Below, piece after piece: positions 36,549 through 46,333 of a stretch of DNA of 64,000 bases. Position 1 is the stretch's first letter, and every line of letters begins with the position of its first letter. A program made the position numbers and the translations under genes. The notes under the pieces are model-generated. The model worked only from the letters and a program-made list of their open reading frames with translations, did not search any database and had not been told where the DNA came from. The DNA lies in IMG/VR virus record IMGVR_UViG_3300012158_000002, positions 2,073-66,072 of that record; one strand, 5' to 3'. The stretch comes from a virus (Duplodnaviria; Caudoviricetes).

Positions 36549-37976
36549 TTATTCATCAAACTCTAAAACTTCTGGTAATCCTGCTTGGGCTTCCTTTATC
36601 ATTTCAGGTGTAATTTTTGAGAAGAAATCTGAATTTTCAATAACAAACGCTCTGATCTCTGCTTTATCAATAATATCACTACCCTTTAATGCTATAAGCC
36701 ACTTTAGTTCCTCGTAATATTCGGCGCGCTTTTCTTCGGTAGTTTTTAATATGCTATCATCCCAGAAGAACGATATATCATATTCTCCAAATGGTGCAAG
36801 ATTATAACGTGTAGCAATATCATCCATGACAACTACAAGAGTCTCTAATGATAATTGTGCTGCTCTCTGTATATCTGATACTGTTTGATAAAAGCGCTGT
36901 TTGGAATTCTTTATTTCCGTGGCTGTTTTATCTGTATCCTGTGGATTCGACAATATTCCATAAGCAAGCCCCAAGACAAATTCTATTCTCCGTAAAAACT
37001 CATTTAATCCATTGAAAATAGATACATCGCGAAATTCGGGGTTATACTCAGTTATTCCGATTTCACCCGGAACTGTTGATCCTTCCCATGCGCGAAATAG
37101 CCGGTTGCGTCCTTGCGGTATTATAAAATTACCATTGCTGTCTTTTTTCATCAGATCGGAGCCTACATCAATAGCTAATTCTCCGCCCTCGAATTCCCAG
37201 ATAGCCCTACCAAATTGCTTATCGCCTTCTCTTATTAAATCAATGCCCCGGGAAAATAACGCCTCACCTCTGCCAGGCATCTGCAATACAGCGAACCATG
37301 GATGTTCTACATCTGGCCATTGTACATACTCTGGAAGTTCCTTCCACTCGTCAGGTCCCTCTGCAAAGGATATTTGCTTGCCTAAGGCATTCATATTTTC
37401 ACTTTTCCAGATTGAATATTCAATTCGGTATGTGTTATTTTCAAATGTGCATTTTTCTAACAGAGTGTAATAATATGTCTTCTGGTCAATGTTTTCTGTG
37501 AGTGTATCGGCAAATATAACGCTAACGAGTTCGCCCAGCTCGTTATATTTCAAGGGATAAAAGCAATTATTTTCTGATACTGTTACCCTTATCTCACCGT
37601 TTCTGACAAAAGGCTTTAAAATAACAACACTTCCTGCACAGCATTTTTCTATAGTTTCCCTTAAGTCGCCGATCACTCGCTTGTATTGATCATCCAAGAA
37701 TTCTGATCGCGGATTATCCCCTGTTACTTCACTTTCAAGCTTCACGGTTACCGCTATTGCCGTTTCAGAACATGCACCGGCAGCAATATGTAAACTTGGA
37801 ACGCCATTTTCTGGATCCGTATTCCATATAGCCTCACCATTATATAACTGCCGCCATAATTCATATTTTCGTTGCTGCTCTGGGGTAATGGCTATTTTTA
37901 AATTTAATGCGGCTTCTATATCCTTTTTTGAAAACAATCCTCGCCACCACTTTCTAATTGCGGAAATAAATCCCAT
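36549..37976 (-). CDS. Portal protein (A118/SPP1-like)
   Basis: 475 aa; WEFEGG, PEFRD, TATEIK and FFWDDSI motifs. Confidence 0.88.
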   Translation of the reverse strand: MGFISAIRKWWRGLFSKKDIEAALNLKIAITPEQQRKYELWRQLYNGEAIWNTDPENGVPSLHIAAGACSETAIAVTVKLESEVTGDNPRSEFLDDQYKRVIGDLRETIEKCCAGSVVILKPFVRNGEIRVTVSENNCFYPLKYNELGELVSVIFADTLTENIDQKTYYYTLLEKCTFENNTYRIEYSIWKSENMNALGKQISFAEGPDEWKELPEYVQWPDVEHPWFAVLQMPGRGEALFSRGIDLIREGDKQFGRAIWEFEGGELAIDVGSDLMKKDSNGNFIIPQGRNRLFRAWEGSTVPGEIGITEYNPEFRDVSIFNGLNEFLRRIEFVLGLAYGILSNPQDTDKTATEIKNSKQRFYQTVSDIQRAAQLSLETLVVVMDDIATRYNLAPFGEYDISFFWDDSILKTTEEKRAEYYEELKWLIALKGSDIIDKAEIRAFVIENSDFFSKITPEMIKEAQAGLPEVLEFDE

Positions 37977-38011
37977 ATTTCACCGCCTAATTATTTATTG
38001 ATCACAGCAAG

Positions 38012-38368
38012 CTAACGCCATAACCTGCCCTGCCTATATGTTTTTAAAACTCCCCAATTGACAATCATCAGAAGCAGGCATTTCAGATTGAAAATAAGCG
38101 AATTCTCTTTTGTCCATTTAAAGGATATCTCGTATCCAATATTTCGCACACTCAGGTAATCACATATTTGCTTGAAAATATATAAAAACTGCCACGGCTC
38201 CCCATAATTCCCCAATTCTGCCATTTCATCTATTTTCCCAATAACATGCCGGATTTGGATATGGTCCTTAAGGGCAGTATTCAGTTTGATATTGAAGTTT
38301 CCGTATCCGATGCCATGGAGACCCTCGATATCTTCAAGTTGTTTTGAAAATGTCATTTCATTTACCAC
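38012..38368 (-). CDS. Hypothetical protein in the terL-portal insert
   Basis: ORF track; GAGGTGG RBS. Confidence 0.5.
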   Translation of the reverse strand: MVNEMTFSKQLEDIEGLHGIGYGNFNIKLNTALKDHIQIRHVIGKIDEMAELGNYGEPWQFLYIFKQICDYLSVRNIGYEISFKWTKENSLIFNLKCLLLMIVNWGVLKTYRQGRLWR

Positions 38369-38431
38369 CTCAGTATTTTTCAGGGCATGGAAAAGGCGCC
38401 TACCATTTGGAAGACGCCTGATTATTTGCTT

Positions 38432-38635
38432 TCAGGATGATTCTTGACTGCCCTTTTTAATTTTTGATATTATTTTTGATGTTATTTTCACCGATACAAT
38501 AGAAAAAATAATACAAAACATACCACCTATAATCCCGTTTGCGACAATGGCCGATACCCATGCCAACAATAAAATAACAATTAAAGATATATTGAGTGCC
38601 GTATAATCTTTTTCATTCATTACGCATCCCTCCAT
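38432..38635 (-). CDS. Small two-TM protein in the terL-portal insert
   Basis: Hydrophobic ORF with GGAGG RBS. Confidence 0.55.
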   Translation of the reverse strand: MEGCVMNEKDYTALNISLIVILLLAWVSAIVANGIIGGMFCIIFSIVSVKITSKIISKIKKGSQESS

Positions 38636-38667
38636 TACATGGAGTATATCATAAATACCACATTAAA

Positions 38668-38901
38668 TCAATGGTTTATGCCTCGCTTTTCCAATTCTTT
38701 TGTCATACACTCATAACAAATATCATCACGCCCATAGAATTGAATCCTTTGCGATACACACATTTCAGGATGAATTCTATATTCCTTTCCGCATATATGA
38801 CATGTTTCAATTATTAATCCATTTTCGTCATATTTCGGAAGCTTATCAACAAAAGCCTTTACGAGCCGGTATAGATAATCTATTTTTTCGTCTGTTGTCA
38901 T
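38668..38901 (-). CDS. Small Zn-finger-like protein in the terL-portal insert
   Basis: CHICG...CYEC. Confidence 0.6.
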   Translation of the reverse strand: MTTDEKIDYLYRLVKAFVDKLPKYDENGLIIETCHICGKEYRIHPEMCVSQRIQFYGRDDICYECMTKELEKRGINH

Positions 38902-38982
38902 TATTCCTCACCCTCACTCTCCAGTGCCAACCCACTATCAGTTACCTGGTTCTTAAAATCCTTTTTGTCTCCTCTATTTTAG

Positions 38983-39042
38983 AGCATGAAAAAAGGGCAG
39001 GAGAGGAGTTCTGCCCTAGCAGCTTGCAAGCTGCTTCATGCT
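38983..39042 (-). ncRNA. Three-way-junction RNA motif, copy 2
   Basis: AGCATGAA/TTCATGCT closes GCAGC/GCTGC and AGGGCAG-AACTCCTCTC-CTGCCCT hairpins. Confidence 0.45.
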
Positions 39043-39590
39043 ATATAAAAAGCCTTTTGGCTAATTATCAGTTTCTTGGTTTTTCCTTTTTTTCTGTTCT
39101 TGGAACTCTTGTCGCTTGCGTTCTTCTTCGCGCCTTTGTCTTGAATTATTCATATTAACAACATTTGCCGCCACCCAATTAATGGTAGGTATAAATCCCA
39201 TAACATAACCTCCTCTTTTCTATTTCTTCTCTTTTTATCAACAAAGAGCAGGGATTCAAACTATGCTAATCCCTCTATTAATACCTTGCAGTTATTCCAG
39301 TATCCCAAGATGTATTTATCAAGGATTTGTTTTGCCCCTGTGGGTAATACTGGAAAGGTTTTTCACTGACATTGTTTATTTTGCTCCTTGTTGGCAAGAC
39401 AGATATCTTGCGTGTGTTAGAAAGTGTCAAATAAGATAATTTTGTCAACTCTACGCGAAACATCTCTTTTGCGCATAGGTAAGTGCCTGATAACATGTGT
39501 TATTGGTAATTATTACTAATTAACCGCAAATTTCAAAAGTCTCACGGTCTGTTATCGTAATACCGACATGGCAAATTGCATATATTGTTT

Positions 39591-40940
39591 CTATTGGATA
39601 AATCTTTTGATTTGTCTGGTTACAGTATATTCTAGTCCATCTAGAGTATCAATATCCGATGTTCCATCATCCAGCCTTTCATCAATTCCAACCTCTGCCG
39701 GTTTTGGATTCCATATTGCTGTTTTTAATGCTTCTTTTAGCGTCTCGCAGTGCCTTGTGTATAGGAATCTATCTTCGCCTATTAGTTTCTGCATTAAATC
39801 AATTCTGTCATTGATTTCAGCCTTGTAGCAGCCTCTTACAGTTACTTGCGGATATGCCTTTTCCACTGCTCTTTTTACTCCGGTTCCAAGCGTGACAGCT
39901 TCATTGTCCCATTCGAGATAATCACACCGTCCAAATTCTTTAATAATAAATCCGACAAATTCCACGACAAACTTATCAACATCAGCCGGAGCAATACCCT
40001 CTTTATAATCCTTGTGAAAGATTCTTTTACTTGCCAATCCTATCAGTTTTTGATAGTTCGGTGTAATTCCGGTTGCTACGAGAGCGTGAGCGGATTTATT
40101 ACCGCCGAAGTCAAGACCTATATTTATCTCAATCATGCGAGGAAGTTGCTTTTTCTTTCCACTTCTTATTTCTTCTTCATTTTTACTATAATCAAGAAAA
40201 TAATTCTGCGGATTATTCGCAAATCGTTTATATATAAGTCCTTCAGCTTGCTTCCTTAATCCTAAAATATCACGTTCATAATGCACGGTGCCTTTGTCAT
40301 ATGTTTTTAATACAGATTTTAACTTTATATCTGATATACTTAAATTATCAAGTAACGTAAAATGTCCCCAATTATATCCATATTCTGGATCTTTGTTTTG
40401 CTGCTCCTCATGAAAGTCTAATATGTCTGTATAATATACATGGTTTGGTGATTTAGGGTTCAAGTCGTGAAAAATTTTGCGATTGTTGCTTGCTATCGTC
40501 CGGTCAAAAACCTCTTGGATAAATGTCGGATGGCATTCGTTGGCTTCTGTGATATAGGCAGTGCCGTATGTATAGCCTTTTATATTGGCATCATCACCAC
40601 TTTTTTTTCCACCGGCAAAGAAGATAATCTTCTGGCCCGTTTTTGTGTCAATGTATAAGCAATCCTTTTTTTCAAACTTTCCAATTCGGCAGCAACCATC
40701 AAAATAATTTTTTACTCCGAAACCATCACATTCTAATATATTTATCCTAGCTGATGATTGGTCTACTCCTGCCGCTAAATGAAAGCGATCAGGATGAATA
40801 TCTATCTCATTACACCACGCCAAGGTGTTAATTACGTTCTTCGCCCCTCTTTTCCCACCTTCGGCAACGTTGAACCATGAGTAATTTGTCTTTAAAAGAT
40901 ATTTAATTTGATTTTCCGTAAATGGCGCAGGTATATTCAT
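39591..40940 (-). CDS. terL: Terminase large subunit (PBSX-like)
   Basis: AEGGKRGAKN, YITEANECHP, DLNPKSP, GLDFGG and DIDTLDGLEY nuclease motifs. Confidence 0.92.
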   Translation of the reverse strand: MNIPAPFTENQIKYLLKTNYSWFNVAEGGKRGAKNVINTLAWCNEIDIHPDRFHLAAGVDQSSARINILECDGFGVKNYFDGCCRIGKFEKKDCLYIDTKTGQKIIFFAGGKKSGDDANIKGYTYGTAYITEANECHPTFIQEVFDRTIASNNRKIFHDLNPKSPNHVYYTDILDFHEEQQNKDPEYGYNWGHFTLLDNLSISDIKLKSVLKTYDKGTVHYERDILGLRKQAEGLIYKRFANNPQNYFLDYSKNEEEIRSGKKKQLPRMIEINIGLDFGGNKSAHALVATGITPNYQKLIGLASKRIFHKDYKEGIAPADVDKFVVEFVGFIIKEFGRCDYLEWDNEAVTLGTGVKRAVEKAYPQVTVRGCYKAEINDRIDLMQKLIGEDRFLYTRHCETLKEALKTAIWNPKPAEVGIDERLDDGTSDIDTLDGLEYTVTRQIKRFIQ

Positions 40941-41765
40941 TTATTCACCAGCTTCTGGAAGTTTCCTGTTCGGTCTTGGATTATTAATTAATTCTGCTAT
41001 GGCAATACGTCCCTCATTAACTTTATTTATATATTCTTCATTGTTATCCGAATTGATTTTTGATTTCATAAATAAAATTCTTGCTCTCTGTTCTTCATCA
41101 GCCAAATCTATGTGTTGTCCCAACCAATCCATGGCTTTTGATTTTTCATAAAGTTTAACGCTGATTCCGAATTGCCCTTCTTTAACTTCAGATACAAGAA
41201 CACCATCTATTTCTGATCCGTCTTTGATTTTGATTCTATTACTCTTAATTTCAACAAAATCATTGATATCAGCCCTTGCGATATCAAGATACCATTGAAA
41301 TAAATCCTTAATATCCAATCCAATTTCCGCTCTATATTCGGATAAGAGTCGTTCAATCTCTTTTTTCACTCCCTTATTTTCCCATAGTTTATATGCATTG
41401 GCATTGGCCGTTTCCCATGATGCTCCATAGGCTTTTTGATAAGCCTTAGTCTTATTTCTGTATTTAACATATAAAATACAAAAAAGTCTTTGCTTGTCAG
41501 TCAAATCAGGATTCTCAATCACCTGTTCAACTTCTGTTGCAACGACTTCTACTTTCTTCTTTGAAACGCTTTTCTTTTTTGCAACGTTGCATTTCTTATC
41601 GTCCGTTGCGTTGCAGTTCTCGTTGCGTTGCCATTTCCCCCTATTTTTCCATGAGCGGATTGTTCCTTCTGGGATGTTGAACTGATTGGCAATCTCAATT
41701 AGCGCGGTCCCAGTCTCATACATTTCCTTTGCTATTTTTATTCTATCATCTGGTGCTCTTGCCAA
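40941..41765 (-). CDS. terS: Terminase small subunit
   Basis: N-term HTH TIRSWKNR; LTDKQRLFC...TKAYQKAY; KLYEKSKAMDWL. Confidence 0.88.
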   Translation of the reverse strand: MARAPDDRIKIAKEMYETGTALIEIANQFNIPEGTIRSWKNRGKWQRNENCNATDDKKCNVAKKKSVSKKKVEVVATEVEQVIENPDLTDKQRLFCILYVKYRNKTKAYQKAYGASWETANANAYKLWENKGVKKEIERLLSEYRAEIGLDIKDLFQWYLDIARADINDFVEIKSNRIKIKDGSEIDGVLVSEVKEGQFGISVKLYEKSKAMDWLGQHIDLADEEQRARILFMKSKINSDNNEEYINKVNEGRIAIAELINNPRPNRKLPEAGE

Positions 41766-41795
41766 TTATCACCACCTCATTATCTAAATGATTAT

Positions 41796-42551
41796 TTAAC
41801 TTCCAATATATTTATTGATAAAATAAATCTGACCTTTTCCGGTGACTTTTGTTGTCCGCGTAATTCTGACACTTCCATCTGGATTATTAATAGTGCGTTC
41901 TTTTACTTCAAATAATCCTAAGTCCATGCTGCGCTGTGTTGGTGAATTATATTGATCTCCCTGTCTGCTGCATAAATATCCTTCTTCGCGCATCCTATTA
42001 AACAATCGGTTCTGACCGATATCCAGACCATTCTGATTTAGAAGCTTTGCAAGATTTCCGATCAAAATGGATGTATGGGATGTTTCTACTGCATCAGCAA
42101 ATAAAACTTTTGGTTTTTGCTGCTGTACCGTTTTTTCAAGCTCTCTGCGCTTTTGTTTTTCTTCTTTATAATTTGTTAGGAGCTGTATCGCAAAATCGGG
42201 ATCATCCATCATTTTTTCAATCATTATACTTGATGCATAAATACCGTGCTTGCGGATATCCGGAAGAATTTCATCAGTTACCCTATTTTGAAAATTCCGT
42301 GCTTTTTCATTGGAAGCTTTAAAGCATAACTTATAGAATATGTTTTCAGGGATAAATCCATCTTTCGCAACCTCCTGCGAAAATTCAAATTCGTTAAGAT
42401 ATGCTGAAATAGTGCGCCATCTAATATACTCTTTATGGTCTTTTGTCTCTGTAAATCCTAGTCCTCTGGCCACATCTTCAAGGTTCAAATGCGCTGTTCC
42501 ATTTTTGTCTAAATAACCTCTAACATCTTTAATAGTTATTAATTCATTCAT
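41796..42551 (-). CDS. BRO-N plus ANT/KilAC antirepressor
   Basis: FIPENIFYKL..KA....A..FQ..V..EILP.IRKHG; KPKVLFADAV...TTKVTGKGQIYFINK. Confidence 0.9.
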   Translation of the reverse strand: MNELITIKDVRGYLDKNGTAHLNLEDVARGLGFTETKDHKEYIRWRTISAYLNEFEFSQEVAKDGFIPENIFYKLCFKASNEKARNFQNRVTDEILPDIRKHGIYASSIMIEKMMDDPDFAIQLLTNYKEEKQKRRELEKTVQQQKPKVLFADAVETSHTSILIGNLAKLLNQNGLDIGQNRLFNRMREEGYLCSRQGDQYNSPTQRSMDLGLFEVKERTINNPDGSVRITRTTKVTGKGQIYFINKYIGS

Positions 42552-42595
42552 AATTTTTCCAATCCTTTCAATTTTTTAATTTCAATCCTATTTAT

Positions 42596-42659
42596 AAGCA
42601 TAAGAGAGGACAGGCGATTGAGTTTCCTGTCCTACGGATGTACATTCCGTCTTATGCTT
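42596..42659 (-). ncRNA. Three-way-junction RNA motif, copy 1, upstream of the antirepressor
   Basis: AAGCATAAGA/TCTTATGCTT closes CGGA/TCCG and AGGACAGG-AAACTCAATCG-CCTGTCCT hairpins. Confidence 0.5.
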
Positions 42660-42745
42660 TATTAAATTATATTGGACTCGAACCAATACCTACCAGTTCA
42701 TCAGATTCAAACCAGCTGTGCTCCCTATTACACCAATATTTAATA
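42660..42745 (-). ncRNA. Degenerate tRNA-like element in the late leader
   Basis: TATTAAAT/ATTTAATA closing stem; D-like GGTGTAATAGGGAGCAC; GTTTGAA; T arm TATTGG-TTCGAGT-CCAATA. Confidence 0.45.
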
Positions 42746-42929
42746 AGTCAACCCCAGGGGCAAAGGATTCTAAGTCTTGCAACCTACTCCCATTTCGGGA
42801 ACCCAGCCTTATCCTTCACAAGTTGGCTTAAATCGAAAAGGCAAGCACTGGATTAACCTAATGCCTGCCTCAACGGAAGGGGGGGGATACTGAAATATCA
42901 ATGCGTATTTTACACATTTCTACATTTTA

Positions 42930-42957
42930 ATTATAACACGCTGTTTTTTGATGTCAA
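42930..42957 (-). promoter_or_regulatory. Late-region SigA-type promoter
   Basis: TTGACA-16-TATAAT with extended -10 TG, pointing to the terminase genes. Confidence 0.7.
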
Positions 42958-42960
42958 TAC

Positions 42961-43015
42961 GGTACGGTGTGGTGCGGTGTGGTGCGGTGTGGTGTCGCGT
43001 GGTGTGATGCGGTGC
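42961..43015. repeat. Eleven tandem pentamers (GGTGY consensus) abutting the late -35 box
   Basis: GGTAC GGTGT GGTGC GGTGT GGTGC GGTGT GGTGT CGCGT GGTGT GATGC GGTGC. Confidence 0.85.
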
Positions 43016-43423
43016 TCATAAGTTCTGATTTTCTTTCGGGACGCATTCCCAAGTATACATCCATCCGTTTTTTTCTTTAATTCTTTTAAAATCATAATTT
43101 TGAAGAAATGCAAATATCTTATCAAGACAATAATAGCAATTCTCTGTCTTTTTGTTACAATCTGGACATATAAATGCTTTGCAAAACTCCATACAGCCCT
43201 CCTGAAAATCTTCTTCGGTCATTCCTTCATCTGGGTCAATATATGACCATAGCTGCTGTGCGATAAAGCCACATTCCTTGTGGTTTTTCCATTCATATAG
43301 CTCGCCGCCATCTTTTAGTTTTGCATATTCATAAGATGTCCCCTTTTCAATTATTCCATTGCAATAGGAGCATGTATGCTCTTTTCGTGCAACCCTTTCT
43401 TTTCGTTCTAATTCTTCGGGCAT
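43016..43423 (-). CDS. Cys-rich hypothetical phage protein
   Basis: ARKEHTCSYC..IEKG..Y...H..C motif. Confidence 0.7.
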   Translation of the reverse strand: MPEELERKERVARKEHTCSYCNGIIEKGTSYEYAKLKDGGELYEWKNHKECGFIAQQLWSYIDPDEGMTEEDFQEGCMEFCKAFICPDCNKKTENCYYCLDKIFAFLQNYDFKRIKEKNGWMYTWECVPKENQNL

Positions 43424-43447
43424 ATTTTTACCTTCTTTCTTTGCCGC

Positions 43448-43801
43448 TTATACCTCAGGCAATTCGATATAAACAATAATAGCTTTTATCCAGGGTAGTG
43501 CTTCATAGGCTAAAAGAATTTCATCGTCTGTCATTTGGTCAAATTCATCTGTAGATAACATTTCCTCCATGAGCTCTGCTGAATCGTCATTACCCTTAAA
43601 TGTTATTCTGTCAAAGACCACAAGATATTCTTCGATACTGGATTTACCCCAGCTGCCGCCCCAATATGTAGGACAGTCCTCCGCTGCAATCTCATATGAT
43701 ACCATTGGAAGTATCGGTAATTCTGGATTTTCCTTGATTAGTTGTATAAATGAAGTATCTTTCATGGATGAATCTCCTTTCTTTCTTTGATTAATTGGCA
43801 T
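43448..43801 (-). CDS. Hypothetical phage protein
   Basis: LIKENPELPILPMV and WIKAIIVYI motifs. Confidence 0.7.
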   Translation of the reverse strand: MPINQRKKGDSSMKDTSFIQLIKENPELPILPMVSYEIAAEDCPTYWGGSWGKSSIEEYLVVFDRITFKGNDDSAELMEEMLSTDEFDQMTDDEILLAYEALPWIKAIIVYIELPEV

Positions 43802-44133
43802 TATTTAATTATCTCACCACAGTAAGCACATTCTTTTCCAACAAAGTATTTCTTGCTAAAACTCCAAGTCTCACACTCATCTCTATCTTCTTCTGTCATT
43901 GGTATATAACCATCTCCTAAACATTTACCGTTAATATCATAGTAATTGTCTTTGTGTCTGATAATAATATGTTGCTTATCTAGTGAAATATAAAATTCAC
44001 TGAGAGGGTAATAGAGATTCACAAATTTTGCAAACTTGTAACAGGCTCCCTGTGTACATATTGTTTTTACTTCTGGATCAATATTACGAACACTTTCGAT
44101 AAATTTATCAATACTTACCATATTTCCCTCCAT
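43801..44133 (-). CDS. Hypothetical phage protein
   Basis: ORF track; GACYKFA...YYDING. Confidence 0.65.
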   Translation of the reverse strand: MEGNMVSIDKFIESVRNIDPEVKTICTQGACYKFAKFVNLYYPLSEFYISLDKQHIIIRHKDNYYDINGKCLGDGYIPMTEEDRDECETWSFSKKYFVGKECAYCGEIIK

Positions 44134-44138
44134 AGTAT

Positions 44139-44414
44139 TTAATTTAATTCACTGAAATCCTTCATATAATTGTCAAGTTTCTGATTTACACGCTCTAATT
44201 CCTGTCGAATTGCAAACCTCATTGATTCAGGATTTACTAAAATATCATATGTTTCTCCACCATCAAGAATAGTTAACATGAATTGTCTTCCCCTCACATC
44301 ACCAGTATTTCCCCAACACAATTTGTCTTGTTCTTCAAGCTCATTTTTTCTTTTCTGAGCCTTTTCTATTTCTTTTTTTATAAATATCGCCTTATTAAGT
44401 GTACTCTCTGTCAT
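44139..44414 (-). CDS. Hypothetical phage protein
   Basis: ORF track; GGAGG RBS. Confidence 0.65.
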   Translation of the reverse strand: MTESTLNKAIFIKKEIEKAQKRKNELEEQDKLCWGNTGDVRGRQFMLTILDGGETYDILVNPESMRFAIRQELERVNQKLDNYMKDFSELN

Positions 44415-44623
44415 TACGGTCCTCCAATTTTAATTAAGAATCAGTATATATTTACTGTTTCACCATCGCATTCAGCCATTTCTGCAGGTATTAGCATTTC
44501 ACTATCAAAACGGTAAACCGTAAGATAATCTAAATCTTCCCCGGCCATTTTTAGATTCTGCAAAAACACTAGTAATTCATTTGCTGTTAAATTCATATTA
44601 TTTAATTCCTCCTAACTTTTAAT

Positions 44624-45433
44624 TTATAATACAAGTTTTTCTTGCCCGATTATATAATTCATCCACAATGTTTCCACTCTTGATATCCCAGCTTCTGCCT
44701 GTGTTTTTTTGGATACTTTCTGCCATCCTTGAAGCATGTCATTGTATAACCCATTATCATATCCCGATAGAAGAACTTTCCCCGGATGTCTGCTTAATAT
44801 TTCCAACAATTCAACATGCTCCGCATCTTTCATTTCATACCGATATAAGTAGTTCTTACGAGTTCCATGGAGATATGGAGGATCTATGTACATAAAAACA
44901 TCTGATGTATTATATCGATTAATCACCTCTACAGCTGGAAGATTTTCAATCTGTGCATTCTTGAGCCGTTCGCTTGCTTCAATTAGTCTTTCCGGAAGAC
45001 TTCGCCATTCCTTGGTTGTGTGTGGGCTTTTGCTCTGTTGACTGCTCCTGAATCCATTCCGGTACAGATTGCTACATCCAAACCCCTGCCAACATCGGAC
45101 GGCAAACTTCCTTGCTTTTTCAATGTCTGAATCCTCTGGGATATATTCACATGCCTTGTAATATTCATCCCGTCCATATGGTGTCAATTCAAGTGCTGCT
45201 ACCAATTCTTCTGGTTTCTCCCTAATAACCTGGAAATAATTAACCACATTCCCGTCCAGATCATTCAGTGTTTCTATTCTGGCCGGAATTTTTGAGAAGA
45301 ACACGGCCAGACTTCCTGCATATGGCTCAAGATATACTTCATGTTCAGGTATATACTCACAAATCCACGGAGCAATCCGGTTCTTTGCTCCTGGATACTT
45401 TAAAACACTTTTCACTGCTTCACCTTCTTTCAC
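44624..45433 (-). CDS. Dam-like (D12 class) DNA adenine methyltransferase
   Basis: LKYPGAK, YLEPYAGS, ETLNDLDG, YIDPPY and LLSGY motifs. Confidence 0.92.
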   Translation of the reverse strand: MKEGEAVKSVLKYPGAKNRIAPWICEYIPEHEVYLEPYAGSLAVFFSKIPARIETLNDLDGNVVNYFQVIREKPEELVAALELTPYGRDEYYKACEYIPEDSDIEKARKFAVRCWQGFGCSNLYRNGFRSSQQSKSPHTTKEWRSLPERLIEASERLKNAQIENLPAVEVINRYNTSDVFMYIDPPYLHGTRKNYLYRYEMKDAEHVELLEILSRHPGKVLLSGYDNGLYNDMLQGWQKVSKKTQAEAGISRVETLWMNYIIGQEKLVL

Positions 45434-45717
45434 TAAATTATTATTATCTCTACATCTTCCAAATCTACAAAATCAGTAACATCTTTGTATACCGTTGATT
45501 CAGCCGTTGCACAATATACTTTGTTATCAGCTATCACAGCAAAACCTTTTGCCTTATCACCTTCTTTAAAAACTGCTACCATATCTCCATAACAACTTTC
45601 CCAAACCTGCTGTTTTAGAAATGTGATTTCTACCTGTTTGGTATGTGCTGTACAATCAAAATCACTTCCACGTTTTTCACAATTACCACACCCTTTATAA
45701 TCCATTAATATCAACAT
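45433..45717 (-). CDS. Hypothetical phage protein
   Basis: ORF track. Confidence 0.55.
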   Translation of the reverse strand: MLILMDYKGCGNCEKRGSDFDCTAHTKQVEITFLKQQVWESCYGDMVAVFKEGDKAKGFAVIADNKVYCATAESTVYKDVTDFVDLEDVEIIII

Positions 45718-45742
45718 TGTATATCTCTCCTAACTTATTATT

Positions 45743-45928
45743 TTACTTATATCCCATTCCTTCATATTGCAAAAATCTTTCTCCGTTTTGCTTACCGCAT
45801 TTAGTACATACTCTTATATTTGACTCACCAGAAATTACAACAAATTGAGAATATGAAGGCTTTTGGAACCATTGATAATTATGTTTGCATAACAACCGTT
45901 GTAACCAGTTTTTTCTTGTTATTATCAT
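45743..45928 (-). CDS. Small Cys/His protein (DUF1660-like)
   Basis: RLLCKHNY...RVCTKCGK. Confidence 0.6.
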   Translation of the reverse strand: MIITRKNWLQRLLCKHNYQWFQKPSYSQFVVISGESNIRVCTKCGKQNGERFLQYEGMGYK

Positions 45929-46290
45929 GATTCTTCTTTCACAAAATAAGATTCTTCTTTGTTTATAAACAGTTGTGTATCTTCATAATCTTTATCGCTT
46001 GGATTAAGCTTCCCTAAGATAAAACCGTCTGAAATACGTAATGATACGGATTCCTTGCTATATTTTTTACACCACGCATATAGCATTTCACCTATGTCAA
46101 TCAGTTCTTCTTTCATGGCATTTTTTGACTGACAATCAAGTACAGAGTCTAATACTTCTAAAAGCGTCAGATACCTTTGTCGGCACATCCTTGTTTTTTC
46201 ATCAAGTGTACCGTACCTAACTTCTGCACAATCTAACACAACTTTTGCAAACTCTGCCTTTGCCCGAATAGTATCAATTATTTCATCCAT
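45925..46290 (-). CDS. Hypothetical phage protein
   Basis: ORF track. Confidence 0.6.
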   Translation of the reverse strand: MDEIIDTIRAKAEFAKVVLDCAEVRYGTLDEKTRMCRQRYLTLLEVLDSVLDCQSKNAMKEELIDIGEMLYAWCKKYSKESVSLRISDGFILGKLNPSDKDYEDTQLFINKEESYFVKEES

Positions 46291-46333
46291 ATTTGTCTGC
46301 TTTCTCCCCGGATGCCGCTGGGGCCGGTTTAAT

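Noticed and set aside
42690-42710. CTGATGA on the minus strand suggesting a second hammerhead
   Set aside because: No GAAA or stem III/UH follows; it lies inside the tRNA-like element
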